Positions 27,401 through 41,680 of a DNA stretch of 63,636 bases are shown piece after piece. Under the pieces are notes generated by a model. That model was given only the letters and a program-made list of their open reading frames with translations. It made no database searches and was not told the origin of the DNA. Location: contig NMRA01000990.1 in NCBI GenBank assembly GCA_002633005.1, positions 13,086 to 76,721 on the forward strand, read 5' to 3'. The DNA is from Phoronis australis. Its lineage: Eukaryota > Animalia > Phoronida. Position 1 is the first letter of the stretch, and the number at the start of each line of letters is the position of its first letter. Made by a program: the position numbers and the translations under genes.

Positions 27401-30400
27401 AAGTTTCACCATAAACCACTTTTGGAATGACAATTGTGCAAATATTACACCTGGAAAAAGTAGTAACATTGTATTGATTTAGTTGAAATGTCGAACAGTG
27501 TGTACAGGTATAATACCAAAGGCGCTTGAAAACGTGAACGTCACTTAAATGTAAAATGCAAAAATTTAAAAATTTATCGGCCTTCCGTTAGTGTAACGAC
27601 AAAGTCAGCTATGGTGGAGCGGAGAATTTTTCTGATTTCCGTTTAATTGACAAAAACTTGAGAGAGAATTTAATCATATCCTGAAATGAATCTGAACATC
27701 CGTCCACAAATCCTTCCTCATTGCAGCTGCAGTGCTTTAACGTGTCCGAGGTTCCTCATATCTGCTCATCCATTAGACGGCAGGGGGCCGNAAACAGAAC
27801 AGTAGCAACGTGCAGCGCGAGGAAATATTGCCCCGGATCGCGGCGTTCCCGTTTTTTTGTTTTTAGTCCATCGGTAGATTTTCCGAACAGAAGGTCCACA
27901 TACCCGGCTCAGCAACTTTGGTCCTGCGTTGCACATACAATCGCACCTTGCCCAATACCCCGAGACAACATGTTGGGCCCCCCTTATGGTATCCTTGATC
28001 CGCTTCTGAACCCCGAATCTGAGATTCACGATGACCCTGTTTGCCATTATCTCCTGGGATTTTGTAGTATTTTTTGTGAAATACTCTTACTGTATTTAAT
28101 TAATATTAAACAACATTACTATTTATGTCCACCTCTAGTCAGAATCTTAGGTCCCGGGATATAGCTGTTTGTTTGCTATTGATGAATGCCACATACATGT
28201 ACAAGTGTATCGATAAAGCTCGTGTGCACGTGAGAACTGCCAGTCAGCCAAGCTCTGCGTTCTAAAACCGCGATTCGTCACTTCGTCGTTTCAAGCAACT
28301 GAACTGCATACACGTATAGGCCTTAGATCTGTGTCGAAATGGTGAACTGCAGTATTGATTCGTTGACTGGAGAGAGATATTGAACTGAAAAAGGTTAATT
28401 TAGGTAAAGTTTTTTGTCATGAATGTGTTCTATTACAAATTGTGTGCTTGTACCATAATTTGCTTGCTTGTGTTCAGTGGAAGCGTGCTACTAGGCTACA
28501 TTAATTTGTGTGATCCAGCTGACCAATTGATAGTTTTGCAGTCTGAGATAGGCATATTAAGAATCATTACCGTAGCCAAGGGTGTTCGACAGGTGCCAAG
28601 GCAACCCCATCGCACCTGTCGTTCCAAAATCACATTAAGTTGACAAAAAAATTGGACAGGAAGTAATTCTGTAGGAATTAGGAAGTGTTTTGGAAAATAT
28701 GAAGTCTTGCGTACGTTGAATTTCCAATGTATTCTTTTCGTGAAAAATATTGGTACTTTTGTTAACGGAGAACTGTTAGCTAGCAAAACAACTGACTCAC
28801 TGAATCAGTCCAGCTATGTCGATGCTTATTCCTAAAAAGTGCATCGCGATAAGTTGAAAATTGGTGGTTCTCTCTTTTGTTAATACATGTCTTTCAGGTG
28901 TTGTTGCAGAACGAGTTTTGATATTCAAAAGGTCTACTCTATTCTGGTGTAAGTTTTATTGGAGAAAATTCATGCCGCATTTTATATCGGAATGGCATTA
29001 TACACTGCCTTGTTGAACAAGATATCCTTCGACTACTGGTACAAATTGAAGATGAAATGATTGATTTATTTTTAATGTTATTAATTTCTGAGACATTATT
29101 AAACGGTGATTTGAAACACAGTTAGAAGGTTCAAGGCTTTGCATCTACTGCTGTTCTTCTAAGACGCTCTTGAAGTTCACTCTCATCACTTCCCTTAGTT
29201 GACAAATCTGCAAAAAAATTTCAAACTTGAAGCCTAATTTTACTAAATCTGTCTGTGTTTGGTAAATTTCTAGACGAACCTCTAACACGTTTTCTCAAAA
29301 TATAAAATTAACTCACGGAAGTAAGAATTTGTTTTTTTGTTAAATATTAGCTTCACATTCAGCTTGAAATAAATGATAAATATAAAATTTGACAATGATA
29401 TTATTTCCAGTATTAATAATGCAATTGCTTTTTGGTCTAAATTGCTGCTTATAGTACCCAGAGATTTTATTACTTTATGCTTTGTTAATATCAAAGTTGG
29501 TGCGTCTTTTTTCGAAGTATCCGTTCTTTGCCTGATTCTTCTTAGAAAGGTTTTATCAGTCGTGTCTACGACATGCTTGGATTGAAGATGGCCATTATTG
29601 CATTTGTTTAAAAAATCTTTAAATCGTACTTGTATAAGGAAAATTGTGATCTAGTCTAGTGGGCTAAATTAATGTTAGATCTCGTACACGTACTCTAATA
29701 CTTTTCTGTTTAAACGTTGAGGCTTATGATTATTAATATGCATAACTTCAAATTAGAGACACATTTTGAAAGGACTTTTTGATCTTGCGTCTAGTATAGT
29801 CAGTAATGTGTTGGAGTTTCAACTGTTATAGTTAATTGATTCTATATGGGTGATACAAAACGTGGTTGTCAAAACGTTTCCACATTGTAGTCGATTTGAT
29901 TCATTCTTCAAGAAAACTTCTGGACTATAGCGAAGTATTTACAGTATTAAAAGTAAAAGATCGGTTTGATTATCAGCAGATTCTACGTGGACTTCCAATA
30001 TCATCTTATATCATCAGATATTTGAAGATAAAGGGTGCACTTGACCTTCTTTCAAAACTAAGCGGAATCTGCTTAAAATGTGACTGGTGAAAATGTAAAC
30101 TAGAAAATAGTTAATAATTGCATTACATATGTTCAAGATGCTCAAATGAAATTTTTTCAGTGAGACTCACTGATTAAGAAATTTATTACAATTGTTTGCT
30201 CAAATTGGCGTAGTCCATTGTGTTGTTTGTCTATTTGCCATGACATCACCGTAAATGATGCACGTATGTTTGGGTAGTTGCAACGTTGACGGCGTAGGTC
30301 TTCTATGAGATTGTTTCTATATCAGTTTGGCTCTTCTAAGAAAATATTAGTGTGCAATACTGTTTGTTGCTTAACTAGACTTTCCTCACTTCAACAAAAA

Positions 30401-33400
30401 TTTAAAAGTATCATTCCTCAGTTTCGCCAATACAAAATATCATTATTACATTTTAAGTAGATTAAATTATAAACATACAATAAACTTGCACCTATACTTG
30501 CAGCGATGGTCATATTTTGAGTCAGTCGTGTGCGATTAGTAATAATAGCTTTGGTTGCTTTGTTGAATCTTGTGATTGACCTTGATTGATTAAATATACA
30601 TGCATGTGTACAACTCACACCCGTACACGTGTATACATACATTATGTGCTTAACAGTACAGGGTACAGCAATAAATATTATGACCTTGTAATCAAGTAAT
30701 AAGGGAAAGTTTAATACTCTGGTTTGTTTGCTTTGGGGGCTTGAGCAAAAGCAATGTTTTTGCTTGTTTTTATTATATCAGTTGTTCAATATTTTTAGGA
30801 AATGACATTACCCAAGAAATATTTATGTTCTTAGACAAGAGTGTACATTTTTGTGATGGTAGAAGCAAAAATAATAATAACTCGCCTTACATTTGACTTT
30901 TTCGACCTTTGAAACCAAAATTCTAGCCCGTCATCACAAATTGCAGCTTGCAAAAATTGCCCACAAATTCATGCACCAAATTGATTTGAGGTCACCGAAA
31001 AAGTGCTTACATTATGCTTTTACCTGCGATGTACAGGTAAATATTCCCAAATTTTAGGCCGCAAGATTTTGTTCTTAATGTTTGATGAAATTCTTTCTCT
31101 CTACAAGCATTGAAAGCCCTGGATGCGCGTGTTGCAATGCAAATCAAATTCGTACAGCCTGACGTTCCCGTAAGGGCTTTGTACATCTATCGTACTATCG
31201 CATATTCTTTCGCGAGTTAAAAATACTTGTCGCAAGCCTCGGTACAAGTTGAATCAGTGCACTCTAACAGTCACGTGCTTCCCAGTAACCAAGTATAGAA
31301 CGTAAACTTGAACATATTCTTTGAAAAAATACTCACGACACTCTTGTTATTGATCTGCAGTGTGACTGTCATCAAAGTCCTTAAACAAGAAACGAAGATA
31401 TACATGTATAGTGTAACAATGAGTGCAAAATTCCTCCTTTTGTTTGCTCTTCAATTTTTGTGATTCACACGATTGAAAATTATCTTGTCGAAAAACAAAA
31501 CCGCTTAAGTTATACCTAGCCGAATGTCGAATTATGCATTCAATGTTATCGGTTTGGGACAGAAATTGTATTACTTTTGGTTCAATTTCTTAAGATGGCA
31601 TCAACAAAGGGATTGATGGTCGGGAAATTTTCAGTTCATTTATCACAACAAACGTTATCTGGCTTATACTGTTTACGTTTTCAATTATTAGTTTTCCATT
31701 GAATAACATGCTTCAAAATAATACCTATTCCTTGCGGCTTTCCATAGTCGGGTAATTCGAGTTTGTTCCCTTAGCACGGAATACAGTGTACGTGTCATGT
31801 AATTATGCACAGAATTGGTAGACTCATAACAACACGTGACCCCAGCATGCTTGTCGAAGGATTACTTCGCCTTCGGAAGCAGCAAACAATAGTGGGGTTT
31901 TGCTATTAAACTTTCGTAAAAGACGGGTTCTTTTGGAAATGGAATTTGTTGTTAAGTAAAATGAGATTATGACCCACTGTAGACTGCGTTAGTGACAAAT
32001 TCAAACCACGCAGTCTCTTACAGAATACCACATCTCTGTTGACAACTGCAAACATAATACACTGCTACTCGAAACGTTGATACAGTTACCGCATTTTAAA
32101 CGCATCCTGCAGTTCTGAAATTCAATTTCAGTGAGATAAATAACGATTGGACGCTTTCCAGAGCTGTTGGCGTTTTATTGAAGTTCGTCAAAAGTTAAGG
32201 GTTGCGATAAGTGGAGCAGTGGGTGCTTGTTCCGAAAAAAATCAAAGATATGGAATAGGCGCAAACTTGAGTGTGGTCGTTGTTCAAATGTTTTTTGTGC
32301 TACGGAAACCTCCAATTCGTGAATGTCTGGGTATCGTTAACACCCTCAGTTTTTTAGACACCCTCAATATTTCAAATTCTCTCTTGGTTACGTTTCACTC
32401 GGAACAGTATTCTTTCCAATCGAGTTTTACACCAGTAAACGTCAGTGACGTTCTTATAGTCGGATGACTACCCGGGGAGCAAAAAAATCGCTTGCTGTAC
32501 GCGAATACTGCGAATAATGATCCTCTGCTGGGACCTCGACCGTGCGCGCAAATAACTTGGTCGAACAGTGTTGCAATTCGATACGACCTGGGATATTTTA
32601 ATTGGATAATCAGGACATTTTGAAAAATTGATATGTTTTTCCACCACAACGCTTGAAACGTTGATCGTTTCAGAGGTATTGGAAACATCACTGTTTCGTA
32701 CCGTTTTGTAACTTGTTCTGCCGATGTGCAGAGCTTTCTTCGGCACATCCGAAAATTTGCGAAGTCAGAAATACTTGTCGACGAAACGAGTCAAAGATCG
32801 AATCTGGACTATTTCATGTTCACGAGATACAATTCCGTTCACAACATGACAAGTCATCTATAGGATTGTTCTCTGTTAGTGTTCTTGGAACTTGCTTTGG
32901 CAACAACTAACTAATGGTCGGACCCACATGAGTTGTTTCATACGTCCCAGGTATCAGTCGGGAGAAGTGTAGAGACACAAACTCAGCACGCATTATGCTT
33001 GAAATTCCAGGTCGCACAGTTTGACTTGACACGAGAGGCCAAAACCTGAGCTTTCATTTGAGTTTGGGTGTGTAGAGTAGTATTATTGCATCATTCTGAC
33101 GTGTGGAGACTGAATTCAATAATAGCAGTTAGTTAACGGTAACGATGTAATTTTATTGTTAAAATAGAAACATTCTTGTCATGGTTGCCCTGCCGTATTA
33201 AAAAGATTAACGGGCATTCAGTTGATGAAAGCGGATTATGAAATTAATCACTACGAGTGAATATCACCTTAATGCAGGTCACCAAAGAACAGTCGTGTCT
33301 GGGAATTGCACTTGTTGTGTAAGCGAAAGCGACCTACATGTAGGCCTAATTTTGTTATTTGATCTCGATGCTCTGTTCTAAACGTCACTAATATACGGCG

Positions 33401-35279
33401 AGCTTAATAAATATTTCTCAAAACAATTAAAATGATAGCAATGACGCTTGCTTGATTTTAATCAGGCCACATTTTTATTGCTCAAACGTGTATCGAGTTT
33501 TTAAATTTTAGTGAAATGAAGTACAGTTTTGACGTGACAGTGTACGTCTAATTATTGATTTCCAGATTTTGTTCTATTAATATATGGACTGGTGTACACG
33601 TGACGCATTGTACTACTGGGTGATTTTATATAAAGAATGGAATTTTAAATTTTTATTTAGATATTTTTCTAGTATTCAATTGTTTGACAGTGCAACATGT
33701 TATAATTTTTGTGGTGACTGCTATTGTTCTACCGCCCAATATTTTCCAATTGTACATATTATCTATCCGTATTTCTTTCTATATTTTGTCCAAGTGGCCG
33801 TGGGATCCAAATGGCAGTCGGCTACTTGAGACGCAACCTGAAATTGCGGCTTTTGTTCAAGTTGTTGAATTTTTGTATTCCTTGTTTGCTTGTCATCAAA
33901 TCAGCCGTGATTGTAGCGTTGCATGTTCTCTGAGACCATATATTTTTGACATTTCCCTCTTTACGCACCACTCTGAAGCGAAATGTTGAATAAAGTAAAT
34001 CAGCAGAAATCTCAAATTTTTAGTTACAATATAGAAAGTTGTATAAACGCCGAAACACCATTTTGAACGTCTGATTGTAAAAGGGTCAAACGAGAGTCAA
34101 AAAAAAAACAAATTGCAACACCTTTTATTTGGTTAGTCACGCTCTCTTTAATTAATTCCTTGCGATTATTAAATGCCCCTTTAAATGTATTCAAGAACTG
34201 ACAAATGTATCAATTTATCGCGTGTACACGTGAAAACTGTCTGGAAAAGCGCTCTTTTTAAAAGCAACGCTTCGCCAGGCCAGACTGCTGCCACGTCGTC
34301 TCAAGAATAGCAGAACAATTTGTGCTTGCGTCGAAATAGGAGACAAATGATTGATTGGATTTCTGAACAGCAATCTTGACAAGAAGAATGGTTTAGGTGA
34401 AATGTGTTTCAACGTGCGTTTAATTTGTAGAGAACTCTTTATTCTTTTCCTGAACGTTTTGCCTGCTTGGATTTTGTTGGATGCCATTTACAAGTTGAAA
34501 TGTGTTTAGTTCCGTGTGCCCGTGTTCCTGACCAGTAACAGACCCTTTACCAAGGATTGCCCTGCATTTTTTCCATAAAAAACTTCATACTTCAGTTGCG
34601 TTTTGATAACATCCTATGCCAATGGCCAATTTACCCTATATTGATTTCCTCTCTTCCTTCTATTTCTGTTAGTTCCTGACTTTAATTTGTTAGAAATTAT
34701 TTTGGACCTCAGGAAAAAAGTGAAACTGGACTTAACAAATTATTTTGACCATGTTTTTCAATTCATGCCTCCAGCAGAGATTGGTTTGGGGTAGACCTAG
34801 TAATTAAGGAAAAATGAGACGACCATGTAAGCTTTACCCATATAATTGCAGTTTTCATATACACTAACAATACTTTTGCCTTGATCTCTCGAAAAATTGA
34901 TCTCTTAAAATGATAAACTTTTAAGTTTAAATATCAAGGTCACGTTAATGACAATAACAGTGATAGCTTGTCTTAGCTACAACCAGTCGTAAGTCGGACT
35001 TTTATAAAAGTGTCCATATTTTTAAAGAACATGTCATATCTTTGCTCTGAGGATTATTACTGAAACTAACAAACGTTCTACATGAGCGACGTAACCTTGT
35101 TCTCTAAAAATGATGATCCATTCCAACGACAACTGATATATTACGTGGTAAGCAGAGGGTAGATTTAGTAATTTTGTGTGCAAATGTGTTATTTCAACGT
35201 TTCCTGTGGTGAGTAATTAAGATTCACGGTGAAGTTAATGATTGTGAAGTTTGCTATAACTTGTTTATTGTTTCTGCAG

Positions 35280-35375
35280 GACGACACAGCACTACACTAT
35301 GCAGCAGGGCTGGGACATACAGAGATGGCGCGTGTTTTGTGTGAAGCAGGCGCTAACGTCAACAAGCAAGGCGTG
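35280..35375 (+). CDS. Ankyrin-repeat exon
   Basis: ctgcag acceptor and gtaat donor; DDTALHYAAGLGHTEMARVLCEAGANVNKQGV. Confidence 0.9.
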
Positions 35376-35941
35376 GTAATAGAAACTACTTGAGACGATT
35401 TTATAATTAAGACAATGTTATCTTTATTACAAAGCTGTAGACTACCTGAAATTTAACTAAACATGTTGTGTGTAAATACACTTTTTATTTCTCAGGATTT
35501 CGACATGTATTTTTAATCTGTACCCGGTACATGCATCTTAAGAAACAGTGAGGTTTGAATTGTGTCAACAATATATTTGGCGACTTAACGTTGATATTTT
35601 TCTATTCTTAATGATAATCATCCATTCAACATTACAACTTTATATTAAACAGGAAGCCGTTAAACCGGTGTATAAACACAACATGGAGGGGTCACTGTGA
35701 AGTTATGGAGGCGCTCAGTAATTTCTGACAGTAGACGTCTACACCATGTTCTGTTCTTACTTCAACGTTTCAAAATCACCTGTAAAACTTGAGTGTTGAA
35801 ATCATTACAAGTATTGTAGCGTCTTAGAGGGGTCAGTAATGTTTCACTTATGTCACCTTACAAGTTCACTTTGCCCCGTGTATGTTAGTGTGCTCTAAAC
35901 GTTGATCGTCCATTCACACATCTCCATTATATATTACATAG

Positions 35942-36040
35942 GAGGGCTTGACACCGCTGCACTGTGCAGCATGGTGTGGTCATAAAGAGATAGTGAAGTG
36001 TCTTGTGGAACACAACGCTGCAGTGGATGTCCGTGATGAG
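35942..36040 (+). CDS. Ankyrin-repeat exon, tandem copy 1
   Basis: 99 nt, phase 0/0; EGLTPLHCAAWCGHKEIVKCLVEHNAAVDVRDE. Confidence 0.92.
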
Positions 36041-36598
36041 GTAATTAATGACACACAGGTTGTTTGGTTGAACTAGTTGTTTACACAAGAGATGATTAAA
36101 ACTATCTAGTAAAAAATTTTGTTGATATTTTTCACAATTTTATGTCTTTAAACAATGTCAAAATAAATGTCGTCTGCTTTCCAACAGCGAACTGCCAAAG
36201 CTTTACCTGAACATTCCAGTTGATCCATTATTGTTGTTTTATTTACCTATATATATTCTACATTTCGTCAAACAATAGTTTCCTTCAGACGATCTGGATC
36301 GCCTCATTTAGTTTCAGATTTATTTTCTACGTTATTTTGATCGTCCAACACTTTACAGCGCACAATTACTTGCTGTGTGTTACCGGCCTGTAACGAGACA
36401 GGGAACACTGAACACGCTCTGTTTTTTTGTTCTAAAACTCAACATTTCCCTGTTGAAATCATTACAAGTATTGTAGCGTCTTAGAGGGGTCAGTAATGTT
36501 TCATTTATGTCACCTTACAAGTTCACTTTGCCCCGTGTATGTTAATTAGCTCTAAACGTTGATTGTCCATTCACACATCTCCATTATATATTACATAG

Positions 36599-36697
36599 GT
36601 GGGCTGGACACCGCTGCACTGTGCAGCAGGGTGTGGTCATACACAGATAGTGAAGTGTCTTGTGGAACACAACGCTACACTGGATGTCCGTGATGAG
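36599..36697 (+). CDS. Ankyrin-repeat exon, tandem copy 2
   Basis: 99 nt, phase 0/0; VGWTPLHCAAGCGHTQIVKCLVEHNATLDVRDE. Confidence 0.92.
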
Positions 36698-37255
36698 GTA
36701 ATTAATGACACACAGGTTGTTTCGTTGAACTAGTTGTTTACACAAGAGATGATTAAAACTGTTGAAAAACAAATTTTGTTGATATTTTTCACAATTTTAT
36801 GTCTTTAAACAATGTCAAAATAAATGTCGTCTGCTTTCCAACAGACAACTGCCAAAGCTGCATCCAAATATTTCAGTTAATCCATTATTGTTGTTTTATT
36901 TACCTATATATATTCTACATTTCGTCAAACAATAGTTTCCTTCAGACGATCTGGATCGCCTCATTTAGTTTCAGATTTATTTTCTACGTTATTTTGATTG
37001 TCCAACACTTTACAGCGCACAATTACTTGCTGTGTGTTACCGGCCTGTAACGAGACAGGGGACACTGAACACGCTCTGTTGTTTTGTTCTTAAACTCAAC
37101 ATTTCCCTGTTGAAATCATTACAAGTATTGTAGCGTCTTAGAGAGGTCAGTAATGTGTCATTTATGTCACCTTACAAGTTCACTTTCCCCCGTGTATGTT
37201 AATTAGCTCTAAACGTTGATCGTCCATTCACACATCTCCAATATATTTTACATAG

Positions 37256-37354
37256 AGGGGCGTGACACCGCTGCACTGTGCAGCACTGAAGGGTCATACA
37301 CAGATAGTGAAGTGTCTTGTGGAACACAACGCTACAGTGGATGTCCGTACTCAG
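37256..37354 (+). CDS. Ankyrin-repeat exon, tandem copy 3
   Basis: 99 nt, phase 0/0; RGVTPLHCAALKGHTQIVKCLVEHNATVDVRTQ. Confidence 0.92.
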
Positions 37355-37886
37355 GTAATTAATGACACACAGGTTGATGAAACACAATACGTGATAAGGT
37401 TGAATTATTGGGTGTTTTAATTAAATAATCACAAATTGTAATTTTGTTTGTAAACGTTGAATTCATGGCACGTGTAGTGACGCGCACGTGACGTGACGTG
37501 CTCGTGACATTAAGTTATTAGAAACAGTTTTCACTTCACCTGGAGTTGTACATTGAGCAGTTGTTCTTTACTTGCATTTCCATAGCACTCACTAAATGAT
37601 CGTGGCTCTGTTGTAATATACATGTAAAACATCAAATTGTGATATTTAAAATCATCTTTTCAGTCGCGTGACTACAACAGATCAGCATTTAAGAAATTGC
37701 GCTCATTTTTGTCTGAGTTTAAATGTCAGTTGTAGTCGTGCTCTGTTGAGTCACCCACTTCATACAGTAAGTATGCAACTGATGGCGAAGTTCTGAAAGG
37801 CATTAAGCGTGACTCCCTGTTGATGCACCCACTTTGCTATGTATGATGCTGACTAGCATTCTATCATTTTTGTTCGTTTACTGTAG

Positions 37887-37988
37887 GATGGAGACACACC
37901 CTTACATCTTGCTTCCCAGAAAGGACAGGCAGCGGTCGTGGATCTGCTGGTCCATAAAGGCAGCTGCGACGTAACTGTCGTAAACAAG
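37887..37988 (+). CDS. Ankyrin-repeat exon
   Basis: ctgtag acceptor and gtatct donor; DGDTPLHLASQKGQAAVVDLLVHKGSCDVTVVNK. Confidence 0.9.
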
Positions 37989-40900
37989 GTATCTCAAGAG
38001 TGTTGTAGTCCAAGTTTAGTTAATGCTGCAATAAATGTGTTTTAAATGAATATTGATTTCGAGGAATTGTTCACTTATAATAAATATCTCATTAAAACTG
38101 ATCTACCTCTTTACTGGAGTTACATAGAGTCACTTCTTACATGCAAGTACCTTCCCAGAACACGCAGCGAAACCAAGGCTGCTTGTCTGATCGTACAATC
38201 GGTACACAAACTAAAAACAGACCAACCACGGAGGAAGGCGCCCAACACAGGCACACATTTTGATTTTCCTACAAGTACTTTTTAGTCAGGGTTTCTTTAA
38301 AAAGCGACTGTTTTAAAAACCAAATTTCAAAGTCGTGTAATTTCTTGGTTTGTTTGTAATGCAAATGCACTTCTGTGTAATAAGTTCCTGCCATGTTTTG
38401 TTTGATATATTCTGTGGTGGAGTAATGTTGGGCGTGAGTTAGTCAAAGTCCAGCCTTTTGAAAAGACAAGTGCGGTTTTCGCTGTTCCAGAAGTCTGCAT
38501 AAGTTAGACCCCAGAAAAAGCAGAGCGCTGTGTGACTAATTTGCGCACAGTGATCGTTTCTTATCCACTCTAAATCCAGGGTCTGTTTCAGATTCTTATA
38601 AAACGTGTATACATATGCGATCTGACTTGTTTCTGACTGTTGGTGATTTCAGTTGTCCGAAACACAACACCACGCTTTCTATATCACCCCATATTTTATT
38701 TTCGTTCAAATCACATCTTCGTGTTGTGTCAATCAGTTTTATCCGTTAGTTGCAGAAACTTGAGCTTGAGAATGTATTTCATCAGTTTGTTGAAAAGCTA
38801 ACACATTTTCTCATCGTTCTTATTTTTTCGTAGTGCCTGTTTGGCAAATTTTAATTGGTCTTCACTAAATGTGCGTGGGTGGCCACGTTATCAGAAATTA
38901 CCCATGTCAAACGTACCAGTCCAAATATCTCCTTTATGAAACAGCATAATGACAACAAAAATAAGTGATGTGGAACCTTATCAGAAAACGACAAAATTGG
39001 AGATTGAAAGAACTCGGCATGTGGACCATATTGTTCAGTTTTCTGAGCAGTAGTTAATAGATATTTTGTTCGATTATTTATCAATTCATCTGAGATATTG
39101 GAAATGCACTACAACTACAGAGTGCAAGTATCCCTAATCTGTTTCCATTTTTTGCTGTCCAAAGAACAATTCTAACATCGTTCCGAAAATACATTTCTGC
39201 CAGTATTAATTGATTGGAGAGACGCCTTTAGCTTTGACCTCATGTATACAACAACGAGATCCGTTGCACATGTATGTTACACTGTAGCTATTTGGTACAG
39301 TGTTTGTGAGACTGTGGAGCCTTTTAGAATGCATTACTCTGGTGAGTGGATCTTTTATATATAGGCAACTTCTTTTAACAACGTTTGACAGGACCATGGA
39401 AACGTGTGCATAAATCTTCTTAGACATTTGATAAATGTAAAGCGACGGACATTTAGCCTTAACAATAGGGTTTCTGACATGGCTTTGAAGCTGGAAACTA
39501 TAATTAATAGATGACGAAAAGACCCGACCCTTGAGCTCTGCTTTTGTGTGCTAGGTAAGCTAAAACATGGACAATTTATAGGAAACGACAAAACACAAAG
39601 GAACTGTTGCACCTCATGGAAAATGTGGGTACGCATTTGAGAAACTACAGCGACAACGACAGCAATAGTTGATCACGTTGAAATACATGTACGGTATATA
39701 AATATATCTGCGATCTATCCAACCTGTATCAATCTCAAGTCATGCTGCAGCAAACAACCAACACTGAGGCTGTGAAACCACGTTTAGCCTTGATAGGACT
39801 CGAAAAGATACTATATATGTATTATATGAATTAGACAAATCCCCAATGACAAGACTATTGATATAGTTTTACGCAAAACACCGATTCAAAGAATAATGTA
39901 ATTTCTTTTTGGAAAAAAAAGGTTGCGAAGACATCATAGGTGGACAAGGTTAAAAGTGCGTTGTGTCGTAGATTGGAATAAGAAAGTTTGTTAAACTTGA
40001 AGACCACTCTGCGTGAAGTGGATTTAGACGAGATACCTGATGACATAATTACAAAGGTACAGATTTCTTAATGATATTAATCTGACGATAATTTATTAAG
40101 TTCACCTCATGAGAGCATCTCATTTCGGGTACTACTACGACTCAAGGAAACAAACTCCTGATGCAACAATCGTTTTGGTAAAAAAAGTCGGCTGAACAAG
40201 CGATTCCACGGAAATCATAACACCCCAAAAAGCAAATGTTTGGACAAAAAATTTGATGTCTCCAGAAAAGATGAAAGGGGCATGATTTTCACCATTAGTT
40301 TTGTGTTTGAACAGGAAATAAACCAAACTAATAATTTTGACAAGTTTGTTGAAATTTCAACGATGTAGTGAGTAGTGCAATTCGTTGGTTTCAAATTTTG
40401 AGATTATCAGATCTTGGACCTAGCATCACTCTTCAGCAAGTTTAAAAAGAATGTTTTCTGCTGAGAATGGGGAAGTCTTAAAACTTTGTAAACGCGTAAA
40501 ACCAGGAACAATCGCCAATGGGAAATGTTTTGTAATAAAAATATTTAATCGCGTTACAATTTATGGTCTCAAATGTTTGACGCAATAGAATCTTCAAATC
40601 CTTTCGGTACTTAACCATTTCCTTTATTTTAAAAAATGTTATCTAATATTCAACATGTCCGCTTTTCTACATTAACGTGTGTTAGGGTTGAAATGTACTT
40701 TTATCGATGCCTTGGGTGCAACATTCAGTAATTCATTAGGCGTTGTCATTTGATTAGGTGATGAATATTTAGTTAACCAAGTACTGACCATAAAGGAAAA
40801 GGGCGTTATAAATTATTAGAAATTTTGATTACCTGTTTAAAAAGGATTGCATAAATCCCCATAGCTAAAGATTATATACCTTTTCCTTTACCCAAACACG

Positions 40901-41403
40901 CATTTTTAACACGGTAAATAGCCTTCCTTGAAGCATGAAGACACTTTGGATGCGTACCTAACAATTTCCATGAATAATGTATTTGTATCGGACGATGTTG
41001 GTCACTGCTGCTGGGTGGAGGTTGTTATTATGCAAGCTGACAGTAAACAACAGAAGTCTAAAGCTACTTCCAACCGTTTTCCACGGATGTTCAGGAATGC
41101 ACGGTATCTACGTGTATACATGTACGTTAGAGTTCAAAAATTGGTGAAAGACAATGTTTGAACAAAAATTAGAAGCATTTTTACCACGTGGTTGCCATGG
41201 TGACAACAAAGAGGGTTCAGAGTACCGTGACCTAAAGCTAGACGATTCCGCACCCCAGTTGGTTTATGCTGCCTTTTGATGTCATCTCAGTGGACTACAG
41301 TGAAAGATGTCCTGGACAAGTTGTCAGCAAGTTCATACCTCAGTTTGCTAATCCCATGGAGTACACCTCTCGAGTGGAACCCCATCTAACACGTGTATAA
41401 TGT

Positions 41404-41674
41404 GCAGATCTTAAAAGGCAAAAGAAAATTAAGGAGTGAAACTCAATACTCGGTGGCTGAAGACTTCAGCAAGAAGGTTCGTATCGCTAGATCAAAGTTA
41501 TGGCAGTTCTCAAGAGACAATAATTTTATAGAAGCCACAATAAAATTCGATAAGCTTTATAACAACAGGAAAATGTACCTGTATGACAATCATATAGACA
41601 AAGTTGTCTGCAACGAGGATAGATACATCTTCAGAGATAGTACGGATACAAATGAAGAGGACGACAGTCAATAG
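41404..41674 (+). pseudogene. C-terminal fragment of LINE ORF1
   Basis: KLRSETQYSVAEDFSKKVRIARSKL...ATIKFDKLY matches the L1-type ORF1 C-terminal pattern (S(I/V)xEDFS..R..R.L ... DKL); stop is 6 nt before ORF2. Confidence 0.7.
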
Positions 41675-41680
41675 CAAACA

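Larger units (their letters stand above)
35795..37376. repeat. 657-bp exon+intron tandem array (~2.4 units, 3 exons)
   Basis: Exon starts at 35942, 36599 and 37256 are exactly 657 bp apart; introns are about 95% identical by eye. Confidence 0.95.

Noticed and set aside
28400-29600. Coding-looking AT-rich stretch (similar ones at 16000-16850, 32150-32900 and 38850-40300)
   Set aside because: Multiple stops in all frames and no motif I can identify; probably old transposon debris.
41393-41674. ORF-track start as a complete 93-aa gene
   Set aside because: The GTG start overlaps the target-site duplication; this is a 5'-truncated LINE ORF1.
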